DNA of 64,000 nt from Spirochaetia bacterium (GCA_965216965.1 CBDCGX010000014.1:29445-93444); one strand, 5' to 3'; counted from the first letter of the stretch, positions 19,221-29,423 are shown. Notes: generated by a model not told the origin, from the letters alone. Numbers and translations are program-made.

Positions 19221-19901
19221 ATGAATATTACAACAGTTATTTTTGACATAGACGGAACACTTTATAATAACGCTACAGCTTTGTGTAGCGCCCCCCTTGT
19301 CCATCTTAGATCTATCTTATGGATATTACGATATGGCAAAATGCGTAAATCTTTACGGGCATATTATTCAAACGATTTAAATAAAAATATTAAAATAACT
19401 CATGATGATTTTTGGAAAAAAAGCATAGCACTCTTTTCGCAACAAAACTCATACGCTTTGGACAAAGCAGAATACCTACTTGAAAAGCATATTTACAGTA
19501 TGTGGATTAATGCTTCCGCACAAGTGCCACTTCGTCTAGGAATGAGAAAGCTTATAGGAGATCTTTATAGAGCTAATATAAAATTGGGTATTCTGTCTGA
19601 TTTTAGAGCAGAAAAAAAGATTTCCCAATGGGGTTTAAATCAATATTTTGATGTAATTATATCGGGAGAAGACGAGGGAATTCTTAAACCCAATCCAGCT
19701 GTATTCTTACGTTGCTGTAAATATATGAATTGTAATCCTCTTAATGCCGCATATGTAGGAAATCACTTTTTATACGATGGGTTAGGAGCAAAAAAGGCCG
19801 GGCTTATCTCAGTGCTTTTTACTCAAAAAAAAGATCTCGCACGTATGCATGGAATTATTCCAATATCATCGGTACAAAATCTAAGAAACTTTTTATTATA
19901 A
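19221..19901 (+). CDS. HAD-superfamily hydrolase
   Basis: Motif I is VIFDIDGTLY. A later ..ILSDF.. and ..GEDEGILKPNPAVF.. with ..AAYVGNH..DGLGAKKAG.. fit HAD motifs II-IV. Confidence 0.8.
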   Translation: MNITTVIFDIDGTLYNNATALCSAPLVHLRSILWILRYGKMRKSLRAYYSNDLNKNIKITHDDFWKKSIALFSQQNSYALDKAEYLLEKHIYSMWINASAQVPLRLGMRKLIGDLYRANIKLGILSDFRAEKKISQWGLNQYFDVIISGEDEGILKPNPAVFLRCCKYMNCNPLNAAYVGNHFLYDGLGAKKAGLISVLFTQKKDLARMHGIIPISSVQNLRNFLL

Positions 19902-20237
19902 ACTAATAGCATTTTTATTAATTAACTCATATTTTAAATTTTTGTCATTGTGTCTTTAAATTATTATAACTCCTTTGTTTTCCTCTTTAATCTTACTGCT
20001 TAGAAAAGATTGTCATAGTATTTTCAAATTATGCAAAAAAACATTATATATTTTTCTATCATTATTAAGCGTTCTTTCTTTATTTGTTGTTAGAATGTTG
20101 CATAACTTATTGAGGGGTAAAACATACCATCTAGCAGTGAAAATAAATATTTTTTAACTTTTCCATGTATATTATTGATATTAAATAGTAAATATATAAA
20201 TATATCAATTAATTTCAAAAACTTCTTTTGTGACGCC

Positions 20238-20266
20238 TTGACATAAAAGATAGTAGTTATCATAAT
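20238..20266 (+). promoter_or_regulatory. Candidate sigma70-type promoter of rpsO
   Basis: TTGACA (20238-20243), a 17-nt spacer, then CATAAT (20261-20266), ~50 nt upstream of rpsO. Confidence 0.5.
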
Positions 20267-20315
20267 GTATTCATAAACATTTTAATGATAAAAGTAAATA
20301 AAAATGGAGTGCTAA

Positions 20316-20585
20316 ATGAAATTAAGCGTTGAGCAAAAAAAAGAAATATATAAAAAATATGGAAATTCTGATAAGGATACTGGTGATGTGAAAGTGCAAA
20401 TAGCACTTGTAACTCACAGAATTAGCCATCTTACTGAACATTTAAAAAAATATAAAAAAGACTTTGATACAAGAAATACCCTATTAACCCTTGTTGGAAA
20501 AAGGAGAAGATTGTTGCGATATTTTAAACGAGTAAATATAGAAAATTATAAAGACCTTTTATCTAATTTGAAAATTAGGCATTAA
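20316..20585 (+). CDS. rpsO: 30S ribosomal protein S15
   Basis: 89 aa containing ..DTGDVKVQIALVTHRISHLTEHLKKYKKDFDTRNTLLTLVGKRRRLLRY... There is a GGAG RBS, and the gene lies upstream of pnp as usual. Confidence 0.95.
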   Translation: MKLSVEQKKEIYKKYGNSDKDTGDVKVQIALVTHRISHLTEHLKKYKKDFDTRNTLLTLVGKRRRLLRYFKRVNIENYKDLLSNLKIRH

Positions 20586-20782
20586 AGAAATATTTAAAAC
20601 TATAGCGGGAATATTCAATATAAATAAAAGAATCAATAATGTGTTTTTATTTTATATAAAAATAGTATTAATTTACGTTTTTAAAAAACATATTACTTTA
20701 GCAAATATAAAAAAAAACATATGTTTTTACATAATTAAATTTTTATAACAATTAATGATGTGTTTTTTTGGAGGAAATAAAT

Positions 20783-22987
20783 ATGATACATGAAGTGTCA
20801 ACTGAGATAGGTGGAAAAACACTTACATTGCAAACTGGAAGAGTGGCAAAACAAGCAAATGGTGCAATATTTGCTACATATGAAGGAGCGGCTGTTTTAG
20901 CAACCGTATGTTGTTCTTCTGCCACAAATGAAGATTTGGATTTTATTCCATTGCAAGTTGAATATAACGAGAAATATTATGCAGCAGGTAAAATACCCGG
21001 AGGCTTTTTAAAGAGAGAAGCTCGCCCTAAAGACAAAGAAATTCTTGTATCTCGTCTTATTGATAGGCCTATGAGACCTTTGTTTTATAAAAATTTCATG
21101 CGTGAAATCCAGCTTATCCCTACAACTATATCTACAGATCAAATTAATCCGCCCGACATAGTTGCAATGTGTGCGACATCAGCATGCGTTACAATCAGTG
21201 ACATCCCTTTTGATGGTCCAGTTGCTGCTGTACGAGTAGCACTCTGTGATGATGATTTCATTATTAACCCAACCTTTGAAGAAATAGAATGTTCACTATT
21301 AGAACTTATTATTTCTGGAACAACTCATGGTATTACTATGGTAGAAGGTGGTGCAAAAGAAATTTCAGAAGAGAAAATACTTGAAGCTATTTCTTTTGCT
21401 CATCCCGTTATATCACAACTATGTGATCTTCAAAATGAGCTCGCAAAAAAATGTGGAAAAGAAAAACTTCCTCTTGTTGAAGTTCCAGATTTTATTCTTG
21501 CCGACGAAATTAAAACCTTTGCACGTGAAAAAATGGAGAAAGCTTGCTATGTAAAAGGGAAGCATGAGCGCTCTCTTGCTATAAAAGCTGTTATAGAGGA
21601 AACATTCACACATTTTCAAGGTAAGGTAGAAGAAAATGCAGAAAAAAACATATATAGCTCTCTTGATGAACTTGAACAAGAAATTGTAAGAAAAAATATT
21701 ATTGAAAAGAAAGTACGAACAGACGGACGTGGACCTTCAGATATTAGAGATATTGATTGTGCCATTACAATTCTTCCTCGCACACATGGAACAGCACTCT
21801 TTACAAGAGGAGAAACCCAGGCACTTGCTACAGTTACTCTAGGCACTGCAAGTGATGAACAAATCCGTGATGATATAGATGGAGATAAAAAAGAACATTT
21901 TTTATTGCATTATAACTTTCCTCCTTATTCTGTAGGAGAGACAGGCCGTCTTTTTACTGGAAGGAGAGAGATAGGGCATGGCCATCTCGCATTCCGTGCA
22001 GTACAACCAATTCTTCCAGACAAAAGTGTGTTTTCTTATACAATACGAATTGTCTCAGAAATATTAGAGTCTAATGGATCATCTTCTATGGCGACAGTAT
22101 GTGCAAGCTCACTTTCTCTTATGGACTCTGGAGTGCCCATTAAAAATGCAGTTGCAGGTATTGCAATGGGTCTTATTGCAGAAGACGACAAAACAGTTGT
22201 GCTTTCTGACATTTTAGGAGAAGAAGATCATCTTGGTGATATGGATTTTAAAGTTGCTGGCACAAAAAATGGTATTACAGCGTTTCAAATGGATATCAAA
22301 ATAAAAAATGTAAGCACCGAAACTATGAAAGAAGCACTTGAACAAGCAAGAGAGGGCAGAATTCATATTTTACAAATAATGAATAAGACTATTGAAAATT
22401 CAAAAGAAAAACTTTCACAGTATGCACCGCGTGTTATTACTTTTGAAGTGGATCCAGAAAATATTGGGACTCTCATTGGCTCTGGAGGAAAAACAATTCG
22501 ATCTATATCTGAAAAATATGATGTTCAAGTTGATATTGCAGATAATGGGAAAATCACACTGTATTCAAAGAAAGCTGATGCGGCAATCCTTGCAAAGGAT
22601 GAATTCCTCCATCTTCTTGAAGAACCAGAAGTAGGAAAGATATATACAGGAGTAGTGAAACGTATTACCGATTTTGGAGCCTTTATAGAAGTACTTCCAG
22701 GTAAGGAAGGTTTATGCCATATAAGCAGAATCTCTACTGAGAGAGTACAAAATGTAAAAGATGTATTATCGCTTGAACAAGAAGTACAAGTAATAATAAT
22801 CGAAATAGATAGAATAGGAAGGATCAACCTTTCGATGAACCTCAATGCAAAAAGTGAAGATTCTTCTCAATCTTCTAGAGGCGGCCGTAATCATAGTCAT
22901 GATACAAGATCACATCGACCCTCTCATAGAAATTCTTTTCAGGATAAACGTAGACATTCTTCACAAAGGCACAACAGGCGTAGCTAG
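20783..22987 (+). CDS. pnp: Polyribonucleotide nucleotidyltransferase (PNPase) with an unusual basic C-terminal tail
   Basis: Two RNase PH domains, a KH domain and an S1 domain are recognisable (..LHYNFPPYSVGE.., ..GDMDFKVAGT.., ..GKIYTGVVKRITDFGAFIEV..). The ATG at 20783 is preferred because GGAGG lies 8 nt upstream; the tracked start at 20768 is TTG. Confidence 0.95.
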   Translation: MIHEVSTEIGGKTLTLQTGRVAKQANGAIFATYEGAAVLATVCCSSATNEDLDFIPLQVEYNEKYYAAGKIPGGFLKREARPKDKEILVSRLIDRPMRPLFYKNFMREIQLIPTTISTDQINPPDIVAMCATSACVTISDIPFDGPVAAVRVALCDDDFIINPTFEEIECSLLELIISGTTHGITMVEGGAKEISEEKILEAISFAHPVISQLCDLQNELAKKCGKEKLPLVEVPDFILADEIKTFAREKMEKACYVKGKHERSLAIKAVIEETFTHFQGKVEENAEKNIYSSLDELEQEIVRKNIIEKKVRTDGRGPSDIRDIDCAITILPRTHGTALFTRGETQALATVTLGTASDEQIRDDIDGDKKEHFLLHYNFPPYSVGETGRLFTGRREIGHGHLAFRAVQPILPDKSVFSYTIRIVSEILESNGSSSMATVCASSLSLMDSGVPIKNAVAGIAMGLIAEDDKTVVLSDILGEEDHLGDMDFKVAGTKNGITAFQMDIKIKNVSTETMKEALEQAREGRIHILQIMNKTIENSKEKLSQYAPRVITFEVDPENIGTLIGSGGKTIRSISEKYDVQVDIADNGKITLYSKKADAAILAKDEFLHLLEEPEVGKIYTGVVKRITDFGAFIEVLPGKEGLCHISRISTERVQNVKDVLSLEQEVQVIIIEIDRIGRINLSMNLNAKSEDSSQSSRGGRNHSHDTRSHRPSHRNSFQDKRRHSSQRHNRRS

Positions 22988-23023
22988 GCAATAATTTTAC
23001 AAATCGATTTTTATACAAAAAGA

Positions 23024-23491
23024 ATGAATGATAAAGGAACGAGGAAAGATAATACAGTTTCTATAATGGTATATGGGAACATTCCTACATATCAAAGCGA
23101 ATGGGCTTCTGGAGCAGATTTGTGTGCCTTTTTAAAAGAAGACATTGTTCTTGAGCCCTTAAAACGAGTACTTATTCCCACTAATACATATATTGCACTT
23201 CCACGAGGATTAGAAGCACAAGTACGTCCTCGTTCTGGAATTGCTATAACACATGGAATAACGCTTATAAATGCTGTTGGTACTATTGATTCTGACTATA
23301 GAGGTGAAATAAAACTTCCGATAATTAATTTAGGAAATGTTTCGTATACTATTAAGAACAAAGAAAGGATTGCTCAATTAGTTATTAGCTCTTATAAAAG
23401 AGCAGAATTTTTACCAGTAGCATCATTTAACACCCTTTCAAAAACCACAAGAGGGAAAAGAGGTTTTGGGTCTACAGGAAAATATATGTGA
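23024..23491 (+). CDS. dut: dUTP diphosphatase
   Basis: Motifs ..SGADLCAF.., ..RPRSGIAITHGITLINAVGTIDSDYRGEI.. and the C-terminal ..RGKRGFGSTG are present. The start is uncertain; an alternative ATG lies 42 nt downstream. Confidence 0.9.
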   Translation: MNDKGTRKDNTVSIMVYGNIPTYQSEWASGADLCAFLKEDIVLEPLKRVLIPTNTYIALPRGLEAQVRPRSGIAITHGITLINAVGTIDSDYRGEIKLPIINLGNVSYTIKNKERIAQLVISSYKRAEFLPVASFNTLSKTTRGKRGFGSTGKYM

Positions 23492-23526
23492 ATCTGCTAT
23501 AATAAAAATTATTTTTTTATATTTAT

Positions 23527-24861
23527 ATGTTTACCCCTAAAATACAAACCCGTCAGCAGCTTCTATTTCTAAATACAAAGATCCCATTTATCATTTGGAG
23601 ATACATTTTTATTGATTTCTTCTTTTCATTTTTAGTTATACTTGTATTTTTTATAATAATCTTTATCATTAATCAAATTCTTCTTCTTGCAAAAAATGTA
23701 CTCCAAACAAACGTGCCGATATTTGAAGTTGCTAAATTACTTATGTATGCATTGCCAACAGTAGTATCTCTTTCTGTTCCTTTTGCTGCCCTCGTTTCTT
23801 GCTTGATGAGCACGGGAGGGCTTTCTACTCACAATGAATTTACTGCTATGAGGATGATAGGAATGCCGTTTATTACGACCTTTGCACCCTATATAATATC
23901 ATCTGTGCTTATAATGCTATTATCATTTGGTGTTAATGAAATATTAGAACCTTGGGGTGCTATTAATTTTTCTAAGCAGTATCAAAAATTACTCTTACTT
24001 TCCCCACGGTTAAGTCTTAAAGAAAACTCTATTATTCGATACCAAGATAATGTTATTATTACAAAAGGGATAAATGAAGATATTATTGAAGGAATAATTA
24101 TCTTAGATAAAGATTCAGATAATAATGCAAGAACAATTCTTGCAAAGAACGCATCAATATCTTCTAGTGTCCAAGGGGTAATTTCTCTTACTCTTAACGA
24201 TGTAGTTAGTATTGTTAATGAAAATAAAGTCGGAGAATACAGTTATGTTATAGGCGAAGTAATGACATACAATTTATTACTTAAGGATATTACCTTTGAT
24301 ATAAGAAAAATAAATGCCGATAGCAAAAGCATTACAGATTTGAAATCAGAATTACAAAAAATAAATGAAGAAATAGTATTTCCAGAAACATCTAAGAAAA
24401 ACATTCTTTCACAAAAATTAAAAATGAATATCTTAGACGTATATAATTCTTATATTCCTATATATAGTACTCGTTCTCAAGAAAGCACGAGGAAAATAAT
24501 TAGTACATCTTTAAATTCTTGGGATGCCACATTAACAAGCTTACGTACAACGCCATTTTTTAATAGAAGTTATATTATAAATAAAGTAATTTTAAACAAA
24601 AAGATTGCATTTCCTTTTGCTTCTATATTGTTTGTTTTTATTGCTTTTCCCATAGGGCTCTTTTATAAAAGAAGTGGAAAAACAGTAGGATTTGGAATTG
24701 GGCTTATATTATCATTTCTATATTGGACCATGCTTATCATAGCACAAAGTATAGCACTTAGTGTTAAGGAAATTTCACCTCCTATTATTATGTGGCTACC
24801 CAATATATTTGTTTTTAGCATAGGCATTCTTCTTATAATCATAAGGAGGAATAAATTATGA
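23527..24861 (+). CDS. LptF/LptG-family (YjgP/YjgQ) permease
   Basis: 444 aa with the family topology: three N-terminal TM helices, a large periplasmic insert, and three C-terminal TM helices. It is translationally coupled to a paralogue downstream. Confidence 0.75.
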   Translation: MFTPKIQTRQQLLFLNTKIPFIIWRYIFIDFFFSFLVILVFFIIIFIINQILLLAKNVLQTNVPIFEVAKLLMYALPTVVSLSVPFAALVSCLMSTGGLSTHNEFTAMRMIGMPFITTFAPYIISSVLIMLLSFGVNEILEPWGAINFSKQYQKLLLLSPRLSLKENSIIRYQDNVIITKGINEDIIEGIIILDKDSDNNARTILAKNASISSSVQGVISLTLNDVVSIVNENKVGEYSYVIGEVMTYNLLLKDITFDIRKINADSKSITDLKSELQKINEEIVFPETSKKNILSQKLKMNILDVYNSYIPIYSTRSQESTRKIISTSLNSWDATLTSLRTTPFFNRSYIINKVILNKKIAFPFASILFVFIAFPIGLFYKRSGKTVGFGIGLILSFLYWTMLIIAQSIALSVKEISPPIIMWLPNIFVFSIGILLIIIRRNKL

Positions 24862-25937
24862 TTTCCTTAGGTATTATACATAGATATCTGTTGAAAATGG
24901 TATTTTACCCAATAATTGTTTCATTGCTACTTTTTTCTTTCTTTGTACAAATGATTGATATACTTACTAATTTATTGCGATATCTTATAAAAGAAGTGCC
25001 CTTGAGTACTATCTTACAAATACAATATTTATATATCCCAACAAGTATTAGTTTTGCACTTCCTATATCCATATTATTCTCTATATCTTTTACTGTAAGT
25101 AATTTTTATGCACATAACGAACTTATTTCAATATATTGCTCAGGAATATCACTTTTAAAATTTGTTCAGCCACTCCTCATACTCGGACTTATACTAAGCA
25201 TAGCAAACTTCTTTTTTAAAGAAAACGTAGTTATTAATTCGGCAAAAAAACGAACCGAAATAATACGGCAAGTGCTATATCAAAAAAGAGATAAAAGTAA
25301 CGTTGATGTTGTAGCATCTCAAGATGGCATCATATACAGGGCAAATTATTATGATGATACAAATATAAGCCTTTCACAAGTAACAATAATAGAAACAAAA
25401 GAAAACACTTTTTTTCGGCGCATAGATGCAAATATTGCACGATGGAAAACCAATAAATGGGTATTTGAAGATGCAAAATTATATACTTATAATAAAAACA
25501 CAAGAAACATTGATATTGAACTAATAAATTCTTTCTCCAACCCAACTTTAAACTTATCTCCCGAATTGTTTAAAAAAACAGCAAATAATGTAGATGATAT
25601 GAGATATGACGAAGCACTTGCATATATCAAAAGTTTAAAAAAAACAGGTCAACCGTATAGAAAATTACTTACCAACATTTATTCTCGAATTCCTTGGGCA
25701 ATTTCCCCCCTAATTGTAATGATTATTGCTTGTTTTGCTGCCAATTCATATGGAAAAAATACATTCCTTATGAGCCTTCTTACTGCACTTATTACTGCAG
25801 TCATATATTATTCATCAGACCTTATAGGAACTGTATTAGCTTCTCGCCAAATTTTGCCACCCATAATGGGAGCATGGTTTGGAGTTTTTATAATTTCTAT
25901 TGTTAGCGTGGGACTTTATAAAATTACTTCAAAATAA
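24858..25937 (+). CDS. LptF/LptG-family (YjgP/YjgQ) permease
   Basis: 359 aa with the same architecture. Its start overlaps the previous stop (ATGA). Confidence 0.75.
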   Translation: MISLGIIHRYLLKMVFYPIIVSLLLFSFFVQMIDILTNLLRYLIKEVPLSTILQIQYLYIPTSISFALPISILFSISFTVSNFYAHNELISIYCSGISLLKFVQPLLILGLILSIANFFFKENVVINSAKKRTEIIRQVLYQKRDKSNVDVVASQDGIIYRANYYDDTNISLSQVTIIETKENTFFRRIDANIARWKTNKWVFEDAKLYTYNKNTRNIDIELINSFSNPTLNLSPELFKKTANNVDDMRYDEALAYIKSLKKTGQPYRKLLTNIYSRIPWAISPLIVMIIACFAANSYGKNTFLMSLLTALITAVIYYSSDLIGTVLASRQILPPIMGAWFGVFIISIVSVGLYKITSK

Positions 25938-25938
25938 T

Positions 25939-27546
25939 ATGATACAACTACCCATACTTGCTAGCAAAAAGAAGAAAAACATCTCAACCATTATTGTTGC
26001 TTCATGCACAATGACATCCCGAATATTAGGTCTTATTCGTATCGCACTTATGAGCATGCTTTTTGGTTCCACTCTATATTCTGACATTCTCAATCTTGTA
26101 TTATCTGTCCCAAATAATTTGCGCAAGCTACTTGCAGAAGGGGCACTCTCAAGTGTATTCATGCCTATTTTTGCAAAAACACTCTCGTCTAACACACATA
26201 TAAAAAAAGGAAAAATGATACCAGAACTCAAAACACAACGGTTCTTTTCTGATCTCATCATTTGGGTTGCCATCCCCATATTGTTATCCTTGATTGTTGC
26301 AAGTATTTTTTCATGGCATATAGTGGGGTTTTTATTCCATTTTGATTCTATAGATGCCAGAAAAATCGCATCACAGCTTTTTTCTATTATAATATTTTTT
26401 TTATTTTTAATGACACTATGTTCTATTGCAATAGGCATATTGCATACCCATAAACGTTTTGTAATAGCAGCTCTTTCTCCCTTGATTATTTCTATCACAC
26501 TTATAATTTCCATGCTTGCCTTTTTTGACACTCTTAATATTTTTTCTGTTGTCTGGGGATTTATATTTGGGGCAGTGTTGCAAACGCTTATTCTGTATGG
26601 AACTCTTTTCAAAATTGGATATTGGTTTTCTTTTTCACTAACTCTTAGTAAACAAATGAAAAATACATTTAAACGCATGATTCCAACATCGTTGGCGGTT
26701 ATTATACCAATTATAGGACAGCAAGTTGCTTTTTATTTTGCAAGTACTCTCCAAAAAGGAAGTACAACAGCGTTTAGTTATGCTATCGTGTTTTGGCAAT
26801 TACCAATAGGGGTCGTGTTTAATTCAATAATTACAGTTACATTTTCTTATGTAATTAACTCCTTAGGAAACAAAGATATTTCGCGTGGAAAAAAAGATGC
26901 CCAACAATATGCACAAGATGGAATATTTCAAATGTTTATCTTTGCAATTCCTCTTAGCATAGGAATGTATTTTTTTGCTCATGCGGGCATTGCAGTGGCA
27001 TTACAGCGCGGCAAGTTTGATGTGAACGCTGTCATTGTTTCCTCAAGAATTTTACAGGGCTATGCGCTCTCTCTTGCTCCCTTTGTATTATACCAATTAT
27101 TGTATAAACTTCTATACGCCTTGCAAAAAAACACCATAGCTCTTTTATATTCTTTTCTTCTAACATGCATAGATATAATCTTATCATTTTTTCTCATACA
27201 AACATCTCTAAAAATAGCGGGTCTTTCTATAGCATATGCATTGTCCCTTATAATAATACTTCCCATTATGTATAGGCATGTGCACTCCCACATACCCATT
27301 TCTGTTTCTATTTTTAAAATAATAAAAGTAATATTAGCTATGATACCCTTTTATTTTCTTTCTTTCTTCTTATTTGTACTTACAAAAGAGAAATGGTATG
27401 GTGGATCAACCCCTACTAACATATTTATCCTTTTTCTCATAGCTAGTATACTATTCTTAGTGGGTTATATTTCATATATGCTCTTTGGTATATTGAAACT
27501 TCCTTCAATACCTTTAAAAAAGAAACACAATGAAAAAAATATATAA
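25939..27546 (+). CDS. murJ: Lipid II flippase MurJ (MviN)
   Basis: A polytopic protein beginning ..TMTSRILGLIRIALMSMLFGST..., followed by ..LLAEGALSSVFMPIFAK.., which is typical of MurJ. The ATG at 25939 is preferred because it lies 1 nt after the upstream stop; the tracked start at 25900 is TTG. Confidence 0.88.
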   Translation: MIQLPILASKKKKNISTIIVASCTMTSRILGLIRIALMSMLFGSTLYSDILNLVLSVPNNLRKLLAEGALSSVFMPIFAKTLSSNTHIKKGKMIPELKTQRFFSDLIIWVAIPILLSLIVASIFSWHIVGFLFHFDSIDARKIASQLFSIIIFFLFLMTLCSIAIGILHTHKRFVIAALSPLIISITLIISMLAFFDTLNIFSVVWGFIFGAVLQTLILYGTLFKIGYWFSFSLTLSKQMKNTFKRMIPTSLAVIIPIIGQQVAFYFASTLQKGSTTAFSYAIVFWQLPIGVVFNSIITVTFSYVINSLGNKDISRGKKDAQQYAQDGIFQMFIFAIPLSIGMYFFAHAGIAVALQRGKFDVNAVIVSSRILQGYALSLAPFVLYQLLYKLLYALQKNTIALLYSFLLTCIDIILSFFLIQTSLKIAGLSIAYALSLIIILPIMYRHVHSHIPISVSIFKIIKVILAMIPFYFLSFFLFVLTKEKWYGGSTPTNIFILFLIASILFLVGYISYMLFGILKLPSIPLKKKHNEKNI

Positions 27547-29155
27547 GCTACATTACGCACTATTTCTTGTATTCCTCTTTATACTTCCGTTTAGATCATT
27601 TTCTCAAACAAATGAGAAAGAAATAGAACGTATTAAAAACACTTTAGAATATGGAATAGACCAATCTGTTATAAACGAACTAAAACAACTTATTAAGTTA
27701 GGATATGACTCTCTTGCAAGTGAAGTACTTAGTCGTATTTCAAAATCGAAAAATCCAACCCTCATTGCAGAAGGATTCACTTATTTAAGAGAAGTTCAAT
27801 ACCAAGAGAATGACGCCATAGACAAAGCACTTTCTATAATTAAAAATCACGAAAACCATCAATCAAAATCCATACAGTATGCATCGTTTTATCTTAAAGA
27901 TGTAATAAACATTCTAGATATCAACCAAAAACAAGATATCTTAGAATTGGCTCTTGTAGTTATAAAAAAAGGACAACCAGCAATTTCTCTTGCAATGCTT
28001 GAACTTATAAGTAAGTTTTATGACGAGCAAAAAGAACCATATGATATATATACTCCTGCAGAAAATGCTCAGAACACAATACAAGAAAACCTGCCAAGAG
28101 AACCAAGCAACTTAACACAACAAAAAATGAACAACACTAAAAAAAACGTTCAATTAGAAATTCCTACTGCCACTCTATATTCGGATAGAATAGTAGAGAT
28201 TTTCAGTGAAACATCAGTAGAAATAATTAAAAATGACATTCTTGTTTTTTTAGGATCTGCTCAAGCATATAAACAAGCACCTGTACTTGTAGATGTAGTA
28301 AAAAACACAAATAATTCACAAAGTTTGCGTACATCTGCTATTAAAGCATTAGGAGAACTAAAAGAACCATCTCAAGAAATAATATCAAGCCGTTTTGAAC
28401 TTTTTGAACAAATACGTGGAGAAAAAAATGCAACATTAAGAGAAGCAGTATTTATGGCATTATTACCTAGGGTGTCTAAATCTATACAAAATATAGAAAC
28501 AACCGAGAATAATATTTTCTTCTGGATAAAAGATGGGCTGCGTGACAATGATGAAGTAGTACGAAAGGCAAGTCTTTTTGCAATTGAAAAAAACATGCTA
28601 GAATCTGTGTTTGACCAATCAGAAAGCAAACAACTATTTATGGCAGTAAAATATATTTCTGACAATGATCCTTCTAACAATGTAAAGTTGTATGCAGTTG
28701 ATATATTGCCTTTATTCTCTAATGGGAACCAGTATCTGCTTGAAAAGGCACAAAACATTACTACTCTTAATGCAATAAATAAAAAATATATTGATGTCCT
28801 TATAAAGAAAATTTACAACGAAGGTGGAAACGAGTCGCTTAATGCACTTATTGCCTCACAAGCAGCAGCAGAAGAAACACGTGTTAATAATTCATTTTCA
28901 AGTTCAAGAGCAATTCTTAAATATATATCAGGAATCATAGCATATGAAAAAGATATAAACATGTCTAAAGAGGTGGGGCTTTTACTAACAAATCCCGATG
29001 TGGAAATAAAGAAAAATCTACTTACAGCAATAAGTAGGCATAAAATGGTGCAATATACAGAGTATGTACAATTAATCTCAGAAGATGTAACTGTTCCCTC
29101 GGAGCTTCGAGCATACGCAAGGAAAGTAAGAGCACTTCTTACTGAAGAAAACTAA
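27530..29155 (+). CDS. Secreted HEAT/ARM-like repeat protein (hypothetical)
   Basis: It has a signal peptide (..LFILPFRSFS-QT) and repeated helical units of the LR.SAIKALGELKEP / VRKASLFAIEK type. It overlaps the murJ 3' end by 17 nt. Confidence 0.55.
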   Translation: MKKIYKLHYALFLVFLFILPFRSFSQTNEKEIERIKNTLEYGIDQSVINELKQLIKLGYDSLASEVLSRISKSKNPTLIAEGFTYLREVQYQENDAIDKALSIIKNHENHQSKSIQYASFYLKDVINILDINQKQDILELALVVIKKGQPAISLAMLELISKFYDEQKEPYDIYTPAENAQNTIQENLPREPSNLTQQKMNNTKKNVQLEIPTATLYSDRIVEIFSETSVEIIKNDILVFLGSAQAYKQAPVLVDVVKNTNNSQSLRTSAIKALGELKEPSQEIISSRFELFEQIRGEKNATLREAVFMALLPRVSKSIQNIETTENNIFFWIKDGLRDNDEVVRKASLFAIEKNMLESVFDQSESKQLFMAVKYISDNDPSNNVKLYAVDILPLFSNGNQYLLEKAQNITTLNAINKKYIDVLIKKIYNEGGNESLNALIASQAAAEETRVNNSFSSSRAILKYISGIIAYEKDINMSKEVGLLLTNPDVEIKKNLLTAISRHKMVQYTEYVQLISEDVTVPSELRAYARKVRALLTEEN

Positions 29156-29244
29156 AAAATCCATAAGTGAATATTTATTTAATATCTGCTGCTGAAAATG
29201 CAATTTACTAATACAAACTACTCATTTGCTAATAACAGATGGGT

Positions 29245-29287
29245 ACCTAAAAAACCTTTAAATCTGGCTAACTTTAGGTGTTTTTTT
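29245..29287 (+). terminator. Possible terminator downstream of the HEAT-repeat gene
   Basis: ACCTAAA (29245-29251) pairs with TTTAGGT (29273-29279) and is followed by G plus T7 (29281-29287). The 21-nt loop is long, so the call is weak. Confidence 0.3.
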
Positions 29288-29394
29288 GATGAAAAAAATA
29301 ACTCAAGCAATAAAAAATTAAAATTTTAACTTCTAATATATACAATATTAAAAAAAGAGATAGCTTGCATATAAAATAAAAATCTATATAAAAA

Positions 29395-29423
29395 TTGACA
29401 TAATAGAAGGATTTTCGTATAGT
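29395..29423 (+). promoter_or_regulatory. Candidate sigma70-type promoter of gltD
   Basis: TTGACA (29395-29400), a 17-nt spacer, then TATAGT (29418-29423), ~85 nt upstream of gltD. Confidence 0.5.

Noticed and set aside
19902-20315. A 414-bp spacer with the 60-aa ORF 19975..20157. I checked it for a small gene or a structured RNA.
   Set aside because: The ORF has no RBS and a low-complexity Leu/Ser/Phe composition. Minus-strand ORFs are 11 codons or shorter. I saw no GC-rich paired regions typical of RNase P, tmRNA, SRP or 6S RNA. Only the rpsO promoter is supportable.
20586-20782. AT-only palindromes in the rpsO-pnp spacer (for example AAAAACATATGTTTTT and GTTTTTAAAAAC) as a possible RNase III-type autoregulatory leader of pnp.
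   Set aside because: The stems are short, contain only A-T pairs apart from one or two G-C pairs, and are expected by chance at this composition. The E. coli-type pnp leader cannot be inferred here.
25929-26678. A 249-aa ORF on the minus strand, entirely antisense to murJ.
   Set aside because: It is a shadow ORF of a well-supported conserved gene in AT-rich DNA. It has no RBS or recognisable motif, and its composition (Ile/Ser/Phe/Asn) is what the complement of a membrane-protein gene gives. The same reasoning applies to 47927..48646 (antisense to the RND permease), 34177..34806 and 33856..34152 (antisense to gltB), 9909..10361 (antisense to the symporter), 5877..6344 (antisense to infB), 46313..46714 and 46757..47227 (antisense to the RND adaptor), 42936..43331 and 43953..44417 (antisense to the antiporters), and 61822..62076 and 62665..63057 (antisense to cydA).
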